Assembly (NCBI GenBank): GCA_041695355.1
Contig: JBGFRB010000002.1
Span: forward strand, 25,962 to 89,961
Source of the DNA: Bacillota bacterium
GTDB taxonomy: Bacteria > Bacillota > Dethiobacteria > Dethiobacterales > Dethiobacteraceae
DNA length: 64,000 bases
Direction of reading: 5' to 3'
Positions 63,275 to 64,000 of this stretch are shown piece by piece. The notes beneath the pieces were generated by a model that worked only from the letters and a program-made list of their open reading frames with translations, was not told where the DNA came from and ran no database searches. Made by a program: the position numbers and the translations under genes. Within the stretch, counting starts at the first letter, position 1. Every line of letters starts with the position of its first letter.

Positions 63275-64000
63275 ATGTTTGAATATTTAATGACGAAAAA
63301 GCAACTCAGCCTCAGGGAAGAAGTCCGGGATTTTGTCAAGTCAGTCGACCGAAAGCTGATTCTTGATATGGACGCTGAACAAATCAACTACCCTACATCT
63401 TATGTGCGCGATGCCGCATACAGAAAACTCCTCGGGCTTCGCTTTCCAAAATCCTGCGGAGGCAGGGCGCTGGGTTGGGCCGAGGAGGTGATTGCCTTGG
63501 AGGAGGTTGGTACACTCGGTGCTTCCTTGGCCTGTCTTTATTCACTGCCGACCATCGTCGGCGAGGCCATCAACGTTTTTGGCACAGCAAAGCAAAAACA
63601 AAAATACTTGGCCGGCACCCTGGCCGGAGAGCTTTTTGCGGCCGAGGCACTAACAGAACCACGGGGTGGTTCCGACTTTTTTGGTGCTACGACAACTGCC
63701 CGGCGCGAAGGTGACCATTACGTGCTCAACGGGCAAAAACGTTTCATTGTCGGGGCTGAAGGCGCCGACTATTTCATGGTCTACGCCAGAACTAACCCGG
63801 AAGGTGTGCCTCACCAGGCACTAAGCGCCTTCCTGGTGGACAGAGGTGAAGGCGTGGACGTCAGGCATATCTACGGCTTGATGGGCACCCGGGGAGGCGG
63901 AGCCGGAAGAGTAGTTTTCCGGGATGTGAAAGTCCCGGCCGAAAATATTCTGGGCAAGGAGAACGACGCTGCTGAGATCTTTTATCGCATGATGATTCCT
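63275..64000 (+). CDS. acyl-CoA dehydrogenase family protein, 3' end outside the window; paralog of 30599-31834
   Basis: Not in the ORF track because it runs off the edge. ATG at 63275 follows GAAGGAGG. My own translation ([21 protein letters not shown]...[14 protein letters not shown]...[13 protein letters not shown]) aligns colinearly with the 30599 ORF. Confidence 0.8.
   Translation, partial: MFEYLMTKKQLSLREEVRDFVKSVDRKLILDMDAEQINYPTSYVRDAAYRKLLGLRFPKSCGGRALGWAEEVIALEEVGTLGASLACLYSLPTIVGEAINVFGTAKQKQKYLAGTLAGELFAAEALTEPRGGSDFFGATTTARREGDHYVLNGQKRFIVGAEGADYFMVYARTNPEGVPHQALSAFLVDRGEGVDVRHIYGLMGTRGGGAGRVVFRDVKVPAENILGKENDAAEIFYRMMIP

Noticed and set aside
1-64000. Search for mobile elements, tRNA/rRNA genes, prophage genes or classical defence systems (RM, CRISPR-Cas, Abi and similar).
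   Set aside because: No transposase, integrase, recombinase, tRNA-like cloverleaf region or recognisable defence gene was seen. The only toxin-antitoxin-type elements are the VapBC pair and the Phd-Uma2 and RHH fusions reported above.

Overview
This 64 kb window appears to come from a strictly anaerobic, Gram-positive-type bacterium. The evidence for that is GGAGG-type ribosome-binding sites, nrfHA, a Ni-CODH and ketyl-radical acyl-CoA dehydratases, and I make no species call. Coding density is high and most genes are on the + strand. I found no rRNA, tRNA, CRISPR array, transposase or integrase.

Gene blocks, in order:
1. 2-3325: tail of an activase-related protein, an Fe-hydrogenase-like Fe-S protein and an unknown ORF.
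2. 3.3-13.4 kb: a lower-GC metal-handling locus. It holds two divergent P1B-type ATPases, three cysteine-less HMA-like 'PGRxR' modules, small single-pass membrane proteins (one fused to a long Gly/Pro/Tyr/His-rich tail), DUF2325, an HD-GYP phosphodiesterase and a heme-c-sensor diguanylate cyclase. Two sigma-A promoters in it carry the same Fur-type 7-1-7 box. I read this as an elaborated ferrosome (fez)-like iron-storage locus, and it is the most interesting candidate system in the window.
3. nrfHA (minus strand), a VapBC pair, a methyltransferase, and an OmpR/HisKA two-component system followed by two secreted proteins.
4. A sulfur block: cysK-cooS, a NitT/TauT-type ABC transporter behind a 29-bp tandem repeat, an MCP, and two trans-sulfuration paralogs flanking a Phd-Uma2 fusion. 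One paralog is fused in frame to an RHH domain behind a 37-bp palindrome.
5. 30.6-64 kb: a large acyl-CoA catabolic island. It contains five acyl-CoA dehydrogenases, four crotonases, a thiolase, SDR, SCP2, a 2-hydroxyacyl-CoA dehydratase with its activase, an AbfD-type 4-hydroxybutyryl-CoA dehydratase, AtuA/DUF4387, a split biotin carboxylase, a Liv-type ABC transporter with an embedded CoA ligase, and a CBS-PAS sigma-54 activator with matching -24/-12 promoters.

All functional calls rest on motifs read by eye from the translations plus memory of the families. No database search was possible.
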